DNA from: Promethearchaeia archaeon
GTDB lineage: Archaea > Asgardarchaeota > Lokiarchaeia > Sigyniarchaeales > SOKP01
Direction of reading: 5' to 3'
Length of the DNA: 14,337 bases
Assembly (NCBI GenBank): GCA_029856105.1
Contig: JAHQWH010000222.1
Location: 1-14,337 of the forward strand
Shown: positions 14,221-14,337 of the stretch, piece by piece
Layout: each line of letters starts with the position of its first letter
How positions within the stretch are numbered: position 1 is the first letter of the stretch
Notes under the pieces: model-generated
The model's database searches: none
What the model was told of the DNA's origin: nothing
Seen by the model: the letters and a program-made list of their open reading frames with translations, nothing else
Translations under genes and position numbers: made by a program

Positions 14221-14337
14221 TTGAACACAAGATTTAAAACAAAAAAGCCATTGACAATCGAAATAGACGATAGTGGAACTGGGGACTTAGTAGGAGACGC
14301 TTTTATTGGTTTCTTAAGGCAAGAAACGGGCGAAATG
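14221..14337 (+). CDS. 5' fragment of an uncharacterised protein with an RNase H-like first strand (runs off the window)
   Basis: Open frame after TAA 14212-14214, starting at TTG 14221 or TTG 14251: (M)TIEIDDSGTGDLVGDAFIGFLRQETGEM. This resembles the IDE.G.G...G start of RNase HII-like folds. Not in the ORF track because it is truncated. Confidence 0.6.
   Translation, partial: MNTRFKTKKPLTIEIDDSGTGDLVGDAFIGFLRQETGEM

Overview
AT-rich archaeal chromosomal segment, most likely from an Asgard archaeon (Lokiarchaeia-like). This placement is inferred from gene content and SECIS type, not from a search. Gene order: asd(-), a helical-repeat/coiled-coil protein, a NOG1 GTPase, a VOC protein, the methanofuran genes mfnF and mfnE, a two-gene MaoC/hotdog dehydratase pair, a 969-aa HEAT/coiled-coil/PCI-like/Ig-like protein, two tandem selenophosphate synthetase (selD) paralogs, a convergent CinA-N-like gene, and the start of an RNase H-like gene. 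The ORF track truncates both selD genes. Each really starts further upstream (10670 and 12203) and reads through an in-frame UGA at the catalytic position (G-U-N-C-K and G-U-S-C-K), so both are selenoproteins. Each stop codon is followed immediately by a 71-nt eukaryote-type 3'UTR SECIS (AUGA...GA core, apical AAAA, mini-helix). The two SECIS copies show compensatory changes and carry an extra GNRA-capped side hairpin. Each copy also has a promoter with identically spaced motifs. The duplicated unit is therefore promoter-SD-selD(Sec)-SECIS. The proteins are only about 60% identical, and copy 1 has drifted at conserved motifs.
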